64,000 bases of DNA from Escherichia phage inny: the sequence record MN850601.1; one strand, 5' to 3'. The position numbers were made by a program, and so were the translations under genes. The notes beneath the pieces were generated by a model, which did no database searches, had not been told where the DNA came from, and was given only the letters and a program-made list of their open reading frames with translations. Every line of letters begins with the position of its first letter. The stretch's first letter is position 1. Shown here one piece after another: positions 53,749 to 62,552 of this stretch.

Positions 53749-53951
53749 CCTAAAGAAAGATGATAGCTTTTACCTATCAAAAACGTTCACCGAAAAAAGT
53801 GAATAGATCGCGGTATCGAGCTAATCAAGGAGCAGATGAACAACCATACCATGAAGATCATAAGGCGCTTACAACGTGTTTTAGACCGCTTATTTTTAAT
53901 TTCTTCATGCAACTATCTGGCAAAAACAGCCTTTTTCTTGTCTTTCCCCTT

Positions 53952-54025
53952 AAATGATAATCATTCTTATCTATAGCTGATTATTTATGCAATAAATTGC
54001 ATAATGCAATAATGATAATCATTCC
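53952..54025. promoter_or_regulatory. two Fur-box-like palindromes
   Basis: AAATGATAATCATTCTTATC and ATAATGATAATCATTC against consensus GATAATGATAATCATTATC. Confidence 0.45.
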
Positions 54026-54319
54026 TAACTTAAGACCATCTAACCTATAAAATAATAAGTTATCTAACTAAATTAAAACTAATTATCTCACTTTTATTTA
54101 TAACTTACTGTTACTATCTCATTGATAACATTGTATTAAACAACAATAACTAATATAAATCATTACTAAGCTAAATATAATCTATCTAACCCTTAAAACT
54201 ACAATTATAATCTATCGAATTGTTGCACAAAGTAACTATTAAATTGTTAGTAACATTACTAAATAATTCACATCCTATCTATTTATGATCTAATCTTTAC
54301 CTTCCTATCTATTACTTAG

Positions 54320-54371
54320 ATAATCATTTCATACAGTAACCATTTCATGTAGTAATCATTCCATACAATAA
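54320..54371. repeat. three tandem ~17-bp iteron-like repeats
   Basis: taatcatttcatacagtaac / catttcatgtagtaat / cattccatacaataac. Confidence 0.6.
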
Positions 54372-54503
54372 CTATAACAAGAAATATAATTCGCAAGCGT
54401 ATCATTAGCAGCCTATGCCGGACACATAGGCGGCTAATAATAACGCAACTACACACCCCACATAATAACCATCACCGATAGTCATTATTTGTGCTTATGT
54501 AGC

Positions 54504-54563
54504 TTGCAACAACTGCAAGCGCAACAATATACAATTGTATATTGTATCCCTTACATTGTTGCG
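54504..54563. repeat. nested inverted repeats around a perfect 20-bp palindrome
   Basis: TTGCA-ACAAC-TGCAA; GCAACAAT ... ATTGTTGC flanking CAATATACAATTGTATATTG. Confidence 0.6.
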
Positions 54564-54892
54564 GTGCGTTATTATTAGCTAATGTTTAGAACATTGGCTA
54601 TAATATAAGCTAAATAATAAGCTATACAATAATAAACATCGTGAATAATGATGCTGATGATCATAATGCGCCACCTTCCAGGGGGCGCTATGTGAACACA
54701 AAGAAATCTTTCTTGTCAAGAAAAATATTAACACTATTGCGCAAAATTATTTATATATGAATAGATGGTTTTTCATACTATTGTTATTATTTATCGGGCA
54801 TAGTTATAGCCTATTTGTTGAGCCTACTCTTTTAAAAGCGCAATAAAGTAGAATTATCTTGATTTTTAGTCGGTTTTATAGTACAGAAAGTA

Positions 54893-54915
54893 TGCAAATG
54901 ATAATCATTATCAAC
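54893..54915. promoter_or_regulatory. near-consensus Fur-box-like palindrome
   Basis: AAATGATAATCATTATC matches 16/17 of Fur consensus TAATGATAATCATTATC. Confidence 0.5.
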
Positions 54916-55078
54916 TATCTTCCACGGGTGGCACTATTTCACGCCAGATCATTTCATTTGGCAAGGTGTATATAGATGTTTAGACTTGCCAAGCCATTGA
55001 TTTACTTAGAATTTATCTGTTTTGTTGTGAGTAGTACCTTTCTTGCTCAGAAAATAATCAAAAGTCTTATAAGTCATT

Positions 55079-55110
55079 GAATGATAATGCAAATGATAAT
55101 TATTCTCATT
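55079..55110. promoter_or_regulatory. tandem Fur-box-like half-sites
   Basis: GAATGATAATGCAAATGATAATTATTCTCATT. Confidence 0.4.
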
Positions 55111-55229
55111 GATATTTGAGGGGGACGGTCGGCAGAAATCGGGGGGGCGCTGAAAATCGCGTTAAGCACCTCTCGCAAGCGAGCAGTGTTTTGCGGCAAG
55201 TTATTGATATTATTGACTTTACGCTTATG

Positions 55230-55342
55230 AAAAGGGGGTGTGTCGAAATAAATCGGGTATACCGGAAAATTTTTGTGGCATAGATATTTATTTGTCTATA
55301 TTATGTACAAAGGGGTGTGTTAAAAATAATAGGTATATATAG
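55230..55342 (+). promoter_or_regulatory. two copies of conserved motif AAAGGGG(G)TGTGT-N11-12-GGTATA upstream of rightward late-type block
   Basis: aaagggggtgtgtcgaaataaatcgggtata and aaaggggtgtgttaaaaataataggtatata; partial third copy near 42489. Confidence 0.35.
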
Positions 55343-55470
55343 AATAATTGATAGGGAAATCCTATACTAATCCCTCCATTAATGATGTTCCTAGATTACT
55401 GTTCTTGTAATAGATGAAAAGACGCTGTATAATGTGTGGCATGAAACGTAAACTTATAAAGGAGTCTGAT

Positions 55471-55848
55471 ATGTGTGTCCCTCTCAGCAGTCCACTGCTG
55501 TTAGAATTTTACAAAGCATGGATGGAAGATCATTCCTCAATGCATCGTGAGAATGTTGGTTTGTGTATTTGCCTTATGGATTATCTGGCAACCACTATGT
55601 CAAAGAAAAAACCTACGCAAGAAGATATAGAACATTTCAAGATGGTTCGTAGTAAAACGTTAGAAGAGATGAAATTGCAATTCACGTGTGCTGGGCTATC
55701 CTCCTTCCTGCCCTTTAATGATGACCTTCTGTGTTATGAAGATGAAGGTAAGAAACATTCTTGCCATACTAACCCAGGGAGATTGCAGTGGGTGAAAGAT
55801 CGTATTGCCGATTCATGTTTGGTGTTAGGGGGTGGTAATGAAAAGTAA
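55471..55848 (+). CDS. hypothetical protein, paralog family A (LLEFYKAW...CHTN..RLQWVKDRI)
   Basis: Track ORF 55414..55848 trimmed to ATG with AAGGAG SD (MCVPLSSPLLLEFYKAWMEDH...). Confidence 0.55.
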   Translation: MCVPLSSPLLLEFYKAWMEDHSSMHRENVGLCICLMDYLATTMSKKKPTQEDIEHFKMVRSKTLEEMKLQFTCAGLSSFLPFNDDLLCYEDEGKKHSCHTNPGRLQWVKDRIADSCLVLGGGNEK

Positions 55849-56206
55849 TATTCCGTTGAGTAGTGCAGCTTTAATACGATTCTATAAAGCATGGATTGCC
55901 AACCATCCGGCAATGAATCGCACAACGAGTGGCTTGTGTGGTTGTCTGGTAGATTATGTAGATGATTTTGTTGGCGAGGTAACTAGAGAAGAAGATAAAA
56001 GATGGCGTGATCGTTTGTTGGATAGTTTGAAATACGAAATGAGGAAACAATTTACATGTGCAGGACTGGACTACAATCTTCCGTTCAATGTAGATTGCAT
56101 GGATTACCTTTCAGAGTGTATAGACTTGGCGTGTCATACCAACACGTTACGTCTTCAATGGGTGAAAGACAGAATCGAAGATGCAAATAATGCTTGCATT
56201 GAATAG
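55838..56206 (+). CDS. hypothetical protein, paralog family A
   Basis: Track ORF trimmed to ATG (MKSNIPLSSAALIRFYKAWIANH...); shares GLCGCLVDY, FTCAGL, LPFN, CHTNTLRLQWVKDRIED. Confidence 0.55.
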   Translation: MKSNIPLSSAALIRFYKAWIANHPAMNRTTSGLCGCLVDYVDDFVGEVTREEDKRWRDRLLDSLKYEMRKQFTCAGLDYNLPFNVDCMDYLSECIDLACHTNTLRLQWVKDRIEDANNACIE

Positions 56207-56276
56207 AAATGTCTGTACACTGTGTTCCATAAGATATGCAATATCGCGCATAACAAACTACTAATGAGAGGTGTAA

Positions 56277-56594
56277 ATGAGAACCTTAGCTTTGTATATT
56301 GATCCTCACTCCATTCGAGAAATGCGAGATGTACAACAGGACTATGAATTCTACCCAGAAATTTGTGAACGCTATGAAACTATTCTTAGTTCTGTAGAAG
56401 ATCCAGATACTAGTGAAACAGGTGTTTCCCACTTACTGTGGATGTTGAATGAAATTCAGGATGGGTGTAATGGTATGTCTGAAACCAAACGCCATCGTTG
56501 GCTAGGCTATATTCAGGGTGTTATGGTTATGAAAAACCTTATTACAGTGAATGATGAACGTAATGCTACACGCCCTGTCTTTAATGGAGCATAA
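56277..56594 (+). CDS. hypothetical protein
   Basis: 105 aa; GAGAGG SD. Confidence 0.55.
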   Translation: MRTLALYIDPHSIREMRDVQQDYEFYPEICERYETILSSVEDPDTSETGVSHLLWMLNEIQDGCNGMSETKRHRWLGYIQGVMVMKNLITVNDERNATRPVFNGA

Positions 56595-56595
56595 C

Positions 56596-56811
56596 ATGAA
56601 AAGCATTCAGGTGTGTATTGAAAATAATTGTGGTTATCTGGGGTTGACACACGTTGCTTTCCCTCTTATGTTAGATGCCGATATCGCTTACAGCGGAGTT
56701 GCTTATGTGTCATTCAAGACAATGAGCCAAGTACCTGGCTGGAAGTGGGAAGTAGTTGATGTTGTTGAAGGAGAAGACTATGTTTTCCTTCCACACGAAT
56801 ATACTGTTTAA
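56596..56811 (+). CDS. hypothetical protein
   Basis: Track ORF 56551..56811 trimmed to ATG (MKSIQVCIENN...). Confidence 0.5.
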   Translation: MKSIQVCIENNCGYLGLTHVAFPLMLDADIAYSGVAYVSFKTMSQVPGWKWEVVDVVEGEDYVFLPHEYTV

Positions 56812-56826
56812 AAAGAGGAAAAGAAG

Positions 56827-57003
56827 ATGGATAAACAAACTACTGTATACTTAGTAACAAAGAATACCCCAGGCTGGAGCCAATGCAGCACTGTACCTTA
56901 CAAAATCTGTGCAACATTAGAACTAGCACAACGTGCAGAAGCAGAAGTGAATGCCATGCAATACAGCTATGGTGAAATCATTCCTTTTACTCTTGAACAA
57001 TAA
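56827..57003 (+). CDS. small hypothetical protein (about 58 aa)
   Basis: Below track cut-off; AAGAGGAAAAGAAG upstream; MDKQTTVYLVTKNTPGWSQCSTVPYKI... Confidence 0.4.
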   Translation: MDKQTTVYLVTKNTPGWSQCSTVPYKICATLELAQRAEAEVNAMQYSYGEIIPFTLEQ

Positions 57004-57014
57004 GGAGTTGTGTA

Positions 57015-57467
57015 ATGTTTGAAATTGGTAAAGTGTATCGTTTTAAGAACCCATCTTATATCCGTAAGTTTGCTAACGTGTCTGAGTGCAATAGCAGGAT
57101 TGCTTCTTTTTTAGGTGATTCCTATTTTCGTGTATTAGATGTGGATGACTGGTATGGTGTCACTGCTTTGCAATCCTTAGCAGGAGAACAAGAAATTATC
57201 GCTCAAAATGAAGGAGACTTTCTTCAGTGTTACACGTTACTTGCAAAAAGTGAGTTTGAGTATTTTGTAGAAGTCTTAGAGGAAGCACCAAAAAGTAAAC
57301 ACGAAGAGAAATACCTGCTTGTAGTGGATGGAGTTCCGATCATGGAAACCATCTCCCGTGAGGAAGTTGAAAAAGAGGCGAAACGTTACAAGCTGGATCG
57401 TACACAGAGTGTAGTTGAAGTCTATTCTCTTGTTGGTGTTGCAGATATTAGTGTGAACATCGTATAA
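57015..57467 (+). CDS. hypothetical protein
   Basis: 150 aa; AAGGAG SD. Confidence 0.55.
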   Translation: MFEIGKVYRFKNPSYIRKFANVSECNSRIASFLGDSYFRVLDVDDWYGVTALQSLAGEQEIIAQNEGDFLQCYTLLAKSEFEYFVEVLEEAPKSKHEEKYLLVVDGVPIMETISREEVEKEAKRYKLDRTQSVVEVYSLVGVADISVNIV

Positions 57468-57470
57468 TAT

Positions 57471-57683
57471 ATGTGTAATGACAGATACATTCTTCGTGTA
57501 TCTGATAAGTCTCCTATGTTTGACTGGCGGGGCTGGTGGCTACTAGCTCCGATGCAAGGTCTGACAGACGTGGAAAAGGAGGCTTATGTGTATACAAAAG
57601 AAGAGATAGAAGATAGCCTTTATTTGACAGATAACATTAAGAATGGTATCTTTGAGTGTAAATTGAAAGGAGAGGAAGAATGA
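57471..57683 (+). CDS. hypothetical protein
   Basis: 70 aa; no clear SD. Confidence 0.4.
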   Translation: MCNDRYILRVSDKSPMFDWRGWWLLAPMQGLTDVEKEAYVYTKEEIEDSLYLTDNIKNGIFECKLKGEEE

Positions 57684-57979
57684 CTATTACAGAAAAACTG
57701 CGCTGTATTGCAAAGCAAAGTGGAGAAGGTTTATGGTTTCCTATTGAGGAAATTATTCAGGACTGTTATGATCAGGCTAAGACTGGCAAATACTCCAAAG
57801 CATTTAAACCGTCTGTTTTCGGTTTGGATGACTATCCAAAAAATGAACAAGCAAAGAAACGACAAGTTGATTTGATTGATCTTGCTATGGAAGCACTACG
57901 AGAGCATGGGCTTAGTAAGGTGTATGCTTTAAACACCAAAGAGGGTTTTGTAGATTCAGTGATCGTAGATTGGTATTAA
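57680..57979 (+). CDS. hypothetical protein
   Basis: 99 aa; AAAGGAGAGG SD. Confidence 0.55.
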   Translation: MTITEKLRCIAKQSGEGLWFPIEEIIQDCYDQAKTGKYSKAFKPSVFGLDDYPKNEQAKKRQVDLIDLAMEALREHGLSKVYALNTKEGFVDSVIVDWY

Positions 57980-57988
57980 GGAGAGATC

Positions 57989-58207
57989 ATGCAAGACAAC
58001 AGTGGATGTAACCTGACTGTAGGTGATACTGTTATTTACACACCGATGAAACCCAATGATTTTCCTATGCTCGGTACTGTTGTAGATATTACAGACCGTT
58101 TTGTCACCATCTCTACAGGAGATATGCAGGTTGTACGTGATCGCAGAAATATCACCCGCTTTACGGACACTAAAACAACATCTGAGAAGTGGTATCCTGT
58201 ACACTAA
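57989..58207 (+). CDS. hypothetical protein
   Basis: 72 aa; AAGGAGAG SD. Confidence 0.5.
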   Translation: MQDNSGCNLTVGDTVIYTPMKPNDFPMLGTVVDITDRFVTISTGDMQVVRDRRNITRFTDTKTTSEKWYPVH

Positions 58208-58221
58208 AAGGAGTGTGTAAC

Positions 58222-58563
58222 ATGAAAAGCAGCCCCTATTTGCTAGAATTTTATAAGTGGTGGTTAGAACAAGAAGATACAAACTTTAGCAAAAAGCATT
58301 ATGGTCTTTGCACGTGTCTTGTAGACTTCTTATACAATATTGCTTGGATAAAAGATGTTGAGAGTGTATCAAAGCTCCAATCCTCTGTACGAGAGGAAAT
58401 GAAGGAACAGTTTAAGAAAGCGGGTTTGAACCATTTACATCCGTTTAATACGGATTTCTCGCACTACTTTACGGAAACAGAACTAGGCATTGCACACCTT
58501 AATAAAGAACGTGTACAATGGGTGATTGATCGTATTCGTGATATGGAGGAATACAATGGTTAA
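58222..58563 (+). CDS. hypothetical protein, paralog family A
   Basis: Track ORF trimmed to ATG (MKSSPYLLEFYKWWLEQ...); GLCTCLVDF, LHPFN, RVQWVIDRIRD. Confidence 0.55.
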   Translation: MKSSPYLLEFYKWWLEQEDTNFSKKHYGLCTCLVDFLYNIAWIKDVESVSKLQSSVREEMKEQFKKAGLNHLHPFNTDFSHYFTETELGIAHLNKERVQWVIDRIRDMEEYNG

Positions 58564-58765
58564 GTTTAAAACTTTCTGTGCAATCACTGTTTGTCTTATT
58601 CTTGCATACGTGTTATTCTCTAGTATCATTCGTTTAGGTGAGTATATGGCAAGAGAAGCTCGTGAAAGTGAAGCTAAAAAAGAACAGTGCATCGTGTTAA
58701 AGCACCAAAGGGATGCTGAAAAATTTCTTGAACAGGATTGTGGGCGCTATGTGAATTATAATTAG
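58556..58765 (+). CDS. small membrane-anchored protein, paralog family B
   Basis: Track ORF trimmed to ATG (MVKFKTFCAITVCLILAYVLF...); C-terminus KEQCIVLKHQRDAEKFLEQDC matches 63553..63777. Confidence 0.5.
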   Translation: MVKFKTFCAITVCLILAYVLFSSIIRLGEYMAREARESEAKKEQCIVLKHQRDAEKFLEQDCGRYVNYN

Positions 58766-58774
58766 GAGGGAAGT

Positions 58775-59023
58775 ATGTTAGATATTTTTACCTTTGATCG
58801 TGTTGGTACACCGATTACCGAAGAAGAACGTACCAAAATTGAACAAGAATTGGATGCTTTACGTGCGTCTCTTACAGACACAGCCTCACTACAACGTGAA
58901 GCTGCACATCTCACAGAGATCACTGGTATTCAGTGGAACACGGAGTGGGTTGTAATTACAATTGAAGCGGATATTTGGGGACATGAAGAGACGCTACGTA
59001 CCGGAGTAGTAACGGTTTGGTGA
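58775..59023 (+). CDS. hypothetical protein
   Basis: 82 aa; AGGAGGG SD. Confidence 0.55.
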   Translation: MLDIFTFDRVGTPITEEERTKIEQELDALRASLTDTASLQREAAHLTEITGIQWNTEWVVITIEADIWGHEETLRTGVVTVW

Positions 59024-59069
59024 TAGATGTTATTCTTTTGTGTTTCTTGATATATAAATAGGAGGGTTT

Positions 59070-59294
59070 ATGGTAAAACGTCTGGAATGGGATGCGTGTA
59101 CTGCTCACGCTTGTCACTGTGATATTGTTGAAGATCCTAATGGAGAGATGGTGTATTATGAGGATTACGAAGCATTGCACAATGCTGTGATTGCTTTACT
59201 GGATGATATTAGCTCACGCTATCCAGGACAACAATTCACGTGTCCACATATCCAACTATTAGCCGAACTTACGGAGTATCCAAGTGTTCCATAA
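59070..59294 (+). CDS. hypothetical Cys/His-rich protein
   Basis: 74 aa; AGGAGGG SD; CTAHACHCD ... CPH. Confidence 0.5.
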   Translation: MVKRLEWDACTAHACHCDIVEDPNGEMVYYEDYEALHNAVIALLDDISSRYPGQQFTCPHIQLLAELTEYPSVP

Positions 59295-59295
59295 T

Positions 59296-59463
59296 ATGGG
59301 TGTCCCTGAACAACTGCTCTTTATTGTAGGATTAGTAGGCTTATTGGCGGCTGGCGCTAAAGCCGCTTCTCACACGCATTACATAATGTTAAGATTTCTG
59401 TTCCTACTCCCTTCTATCCTTGTATTATTAGTCATATTGATTGATAACATTTTTCACAATTAA
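59296..59463 (+). CDS. tiny membrane protein (about 55 aa), speculative
   Basis: MGVPEQLLFIVGLVGLLAAGAKAASHTHYIMLRFLFLLPSILVLLVILIDNIFHN. Confidence 0.3.
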   Translation: MGVPEQLLFIVGLVGLLAAGAKAASHTHYIMLRFLFLLPSILVLLVILIDNIFHN

Positions 59464-59472
59464 GGAGAGGTT

Positions 59473-60057
59473 ATGAGTAAAATTATACCAAGCAGTTATG
59501 AATTATTGCAGTTTTATGTATATTACTTAGACTGGGTTAATAGATCGAATGTTAAAGACAATGCGATGTTTAGTAAAAACATCTGTTTAACAGAAAGTAT
59601 CTTCCGTTATTGGCACACAGGCAGAAAGTGTACACACAGTGAAGCTATGCGCATTGTAGGTGAATACCTGGAGCAATTGCAAAAAGCAGAACTTCCTGTC
59701 CTTCACCCATTCAACGAATCTAAAGAAGAATTAGAACAAGAGTGTAGAGAAGGTAAGTGCCATTTAAATGAAAAACGTATCGAATGGGTGAGGCAACGTT
59801 TAGCCGATGCAGGGAATCCTCCTAGTGACTCTGACTATACGTGGTATGATGTAGAGGGTTTAGTTCAAGGTTTTGAGGCTTGTGCTATAGGTAATACCAA
59901 CTTTGCCAAAGTTTTATGCGAGGTTTATGATCTGGCAGATAAAATCCGAAATCACGGATGGAAACAAGAGCATAAAGAATCATATGAACGCCTTGACAAG
60001 ATTTTCAAACAGATCTATTCTAACCACAAAGAGATGTTCCAAATGGAGGATGTGTAA
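59473..60057 (+). CDS. hypothetical protein, distant member of paralog family A
   Basis: 194 aa; AAGGAGAGG SD; LLQFYVYYLDW, LHPFN, RIEWVRQRLAD. Confidence 0.55.
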   Translation: MSKIIPSSYELLQFYVYYLDWVNRSNVKDNAMFSKNICLTESIFRYWHTGRKCTHSEAMRIVGEYLEQLQKAELPVLHPFNESKEELEQECREGKCHLNEKRIEWVRQRLADAGNPPSDSDYTWYDVEGLVQGFEACAIGNTNFAKVLCEVYDLADKIRNHGWKQEHKESYERLDKIFKQIYSNHKEMFQMEDV

Positions 60058-60743
60058 TGAAAGAGATTATGTTTGAAGGGCATCGTTACGAAGTTCCAGA
60101 CAATGCAAATTTCATGGCTCGTGATATCACTGGAGATGTGTTCTGGTTTGAAGATGAACCTGTGTTTTCTTCGAACAAACACTGGTTTTCACAACAATCT
60201 TCTTCGGAAAATATGACTTTTGGCTACGTAGAGCCTAAAGTGCGCTGCAAAGCAGCTTCTTCTTTGGTAAAAATTTCCCAAGATGATCAAGAAAATACTC
60301 CAGATGTTGTTAGTGCACTACTGAAGTACATTGCAGAACTTGAGAAGAAAATTAAAGAAGCAGAAACTAAGGTGAAAGCACGATCAGCCATCATTGAAGC
60401 TATGTCTGAACGTATCTTAGAGCTAGAAGATTTGTGTGGAGAGGCTTATCAAGTGGTTGGTGCGCTGGCTTGTGAAGCACAAATGTTTGAAACTTCAGAA
60501 CAAGTTTCACATATGTTAGATAATTTGAGTGAATGTAAAATGATTCATGATGATGTATTGCCATTTTGTTGCAATGTTAACAAAACAGAGCAAACACAAG
60601 ATTCAGAAACAGTTTATGTTCCGCTAATGTGTGTTCCAGATCATCTAAAAGGTGTATTCTCTTGTAAATGGTCGCTGTTGAGCGTTACTAATTGTGGTGA
60701 AAACTATTCTGCCAACATTGAATTGCTAAAACACGTTAAATAA
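60057..60743 (+). CDS. hypothetical Cys-rich protein
   Basis: 228 aa; GGAGGA SD; coiled-coil centre. Confidence 0.55.
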   Translation: MKEIMFEGHRYEVPDNANFMARDITGDVFWFEDEPVFSSNKHWFSQQSSSENMTFGYVEPKVRCKAASSLVKISQDDQENTPDVVSALLKYIAELEKKIKEAETKVKARSAIIEAMSERILELEDLCGEAYQVVGALACEAQMFETSEQVSHMLDNLSECKMIHDDVLPFCCNVNKTEQTQDSETVYVPLMCVPDHLKGVFSCKWSLLSVTNCGENYSANIELLKHVK

Positions 60744-60753
60744 GGAGAGTAAT

Positions 60754-61158
60754 ATGTGGTCTGTTAAAATCAAATATAATGCGCAGTATTATGGTGGAAA
60801 GCCTTACGAAGTTGTTATTTGTGACTGTATCTCTAAAGAAGTTGCACAGCTTTGTGGCGCTGGTGTTAGTGAAGCTATGAACAAAATGCATAACTCGACT
60901 GTGCGTTACCTGGATCAAGATATTCCAGAAGATGTAAATGACTATGCTTACGAAGTTATTTACAGTGAAGGTAAGAAGCTCTCTATTGAAGATGCACTTA
61001 AAGCACTACCTGCTATGTGCAGCCCAACGCCAGAAGCAGTTAAAGAGGTTTTACCAGAATCCAACCCCGATGAATATGCTTCTATGGTTGCTTCAGATAT
61101 GTGGAATCTCTGTCGAGAAACTATGATTAAAAATCTTGTGGAAATGGCGCATGAGTAA
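60754..61158 (+). CDS. hypothetical protein
   Basis: 134 aa; AAGGAGAG SD. Confidence 0.55.
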   Translation: MWSVKIKYNAQYYGGKPYEVVICDCISKEVAQLCGAGVSEAMNKMHNSTVRYLDQDIPEDVNDYAYEVIYSEGKKLSIEDALKALPAMCSPTPEAVKEVLPESNPDEYASMVASDMWNLCRETMIKNLVEMAHE

Positions 61159-61369
61159 AACACACTTTATACATCCGTTTGATCCAAAGAACAAGGCGGT
61201 TATACACCGCCGTTGGACTGAAACGCGCATTACAAAATGTCCTGTGCCAGCAGCACAGGAATATAACAAAACATATAAAGCAGAATTTGTGGAGTACACC
61301 TTTGTAAATAACAAAGGGAAGGAGGTTTATGTTCCAGAATACTGCCTTTGGATAAAATGGGAGGAATAA
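61151..61369 (+). CDS. hypothetical protein
   Basis: Track ORF 61136..61369 trimmed to ATG (MSKTHFIHPF...). Confidence 0.5.
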   Translation: MSKTHFIHPFDPKNKAVIHRRWTETRITKCPVPAAQEYNKTYKAEFVEYTFVNNKGKEVYVPEYCLWIKWEE

Positions 61370-61536
61370 TGCAAACATTTTTTATCGACAAGTTCAATAA
61401 AAGTATGAACACGTGGATGGCAACATTCACTATGCAATTTGCGTCATTTAAAGAAGCTCAAGAATGGTGCGATCAACACAAGGATTTTGATTTTTACTAT
61501 CAAGTTAATGCAAACCTTTCTCCAGAGGAGAAATAA
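61369..61536 (+). CDS. small hypothetical protein (55 aa)
   Basis: Track ORF 61348..61536 trimmed to ATG with GGGAGGA SD (MQTFFIDKF...). Confidence 0.45.
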   Translation: MQTFFIDKFNKSMNTWMATFTMQFASFKEAQEWCDQHKDFDFYYQVNANLSPEEK

Positions 61537-61537
61537 T

Positions 61538-61882
61538 ATGTTGGCTGATATTGAAATCCTTATGTACCGACAAGGTATGATCAAAATGTGGTTAGATTCT
61601 TTTAGCAACATATACTGCACAGTACGATCAGCAGACGAGCGTAAAACGCTTATTTTATCTGCTATTGTTGATAAACAACGTTTCTTCAAAGAAATTTTGC
61701 AAACAGGCTTCTCCGATGCAGGAGTAGAAATTGCAACTCTTAGTCTTGGGGTGCTGTCTTACTTGGAATCTGTTGTTTTATATGTCTTCTCTTTAGAGGA
61801 AGACTTGCAATTCGAAGCATTAAAACTTATCTTAGATGCTGCAATTGACATAGAACAAAATCGAATTGATTCTTTTGAATAA
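61538..61882 (+). CDS. hypothetical protein
   Basis: Track ORF 61439..61882 trimmed to ATG with GGAGAAATAAT upstream (MLADIEIL...). Confidence 0.5.
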   Translation: MLADIEILMYRQGMIKMWLDSFSNIYCTVRSADERKTLILSAIVDKQRFFKEILQTGFSDAGVEIATLSLGVLSYLESVVLYVFSLEEDLQFEALKLILDAAIDIEQNRIDSFE

Positions 61883-61897
61883 AATAAGGAGAAAACT

Positions 61898-62356
61898 ATG
61901 AAAGAGGTTAAACATTATCCACATGGTCGTAGTTTTGTAGCTGTATGGCATGTTCCTGCTCGTAATGAACTATTTTGTGCATCTTTTCATTACAAAGATG
62001 GACAATATTTCACCTATGACGAGACGATGGATGATTTTATCCCAGAGTGCGATCATGGGTATACACCAATGTTCTTTAAACGTATGAAAGCTCGTTTCTT
62101 CGTTACAGATGTTGATGGTGAACCTACTTGGCACATCGAAGAAGATTGGCAAGATTCTGTGGATATTAAAGAAGCCCCAGAATGGGCTACACTACTGGTA
62201 CACGTCAAAACCCCTACTCTTGACGTTATGGCGTGGGTTAATCATGATGATACCCATTACCAATACATAAATGGTAGCACAGAGATTTCTGGTGAGATTA
62301 TTGGTCGTTGGAAGCCTACGAATCAGGTTGCTATTGTCGGGTATAAGACAGTATAA
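61898..62356 (+). CDS. hypothetical protein
   Basis: 152 aa; AAGGAG SD. Confidence 0.55.
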   Translation: MKEVKHYPHGRSFVAVWHVPARNELFCASFHYKDGQYFTYDETMDDFIPECDHGYTPMFFKRMKARFFVTDVDGEPTWHIEEDWQDSVDIKEAPEWATLLVHVKTPTLDVMAWVNHDDTHYQYINGSTEISGEIIGRWKPTNQVAIVGYKTV

Positions 62357-62357
62357 T

Positions 62358-62552
62358 ATGAAAAATAGTGTAGATTGGGATGATTTATCCGATTTTGAAA
62401 AATGGTTCTTAGGTAGTGGTTGTTATGCAGATGGGGATCTCGAAAGAGATCCTTCTGGAAACTACACTATGCCATTAACCCAAGGTTTTTATGAGTGCTG
62501 GTGCGCAGCACAAAACAACGTACTGAATAAGGAGACAACACAATGCAATTAA
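62358..62552 (+). CDS. hypothetical protein
   Basis: Track ORF 62271..62552 trimmed to ATG (MKNSVDWDDL...). Confidence 0.45.
   Translation: MKNSVDWDDLSDFEKWFLGSGCYADGDLERDPSGNYTMPLTQGFYECWCAAQNNVLNKETTQCN

Noticed and set aside
53760-53957. Plus-strand 65-aa ORF directly after a terminator
   Set aside because: No promoter between terminator and start; translation is low-complexity and basic; kept as uncertain rather than called.
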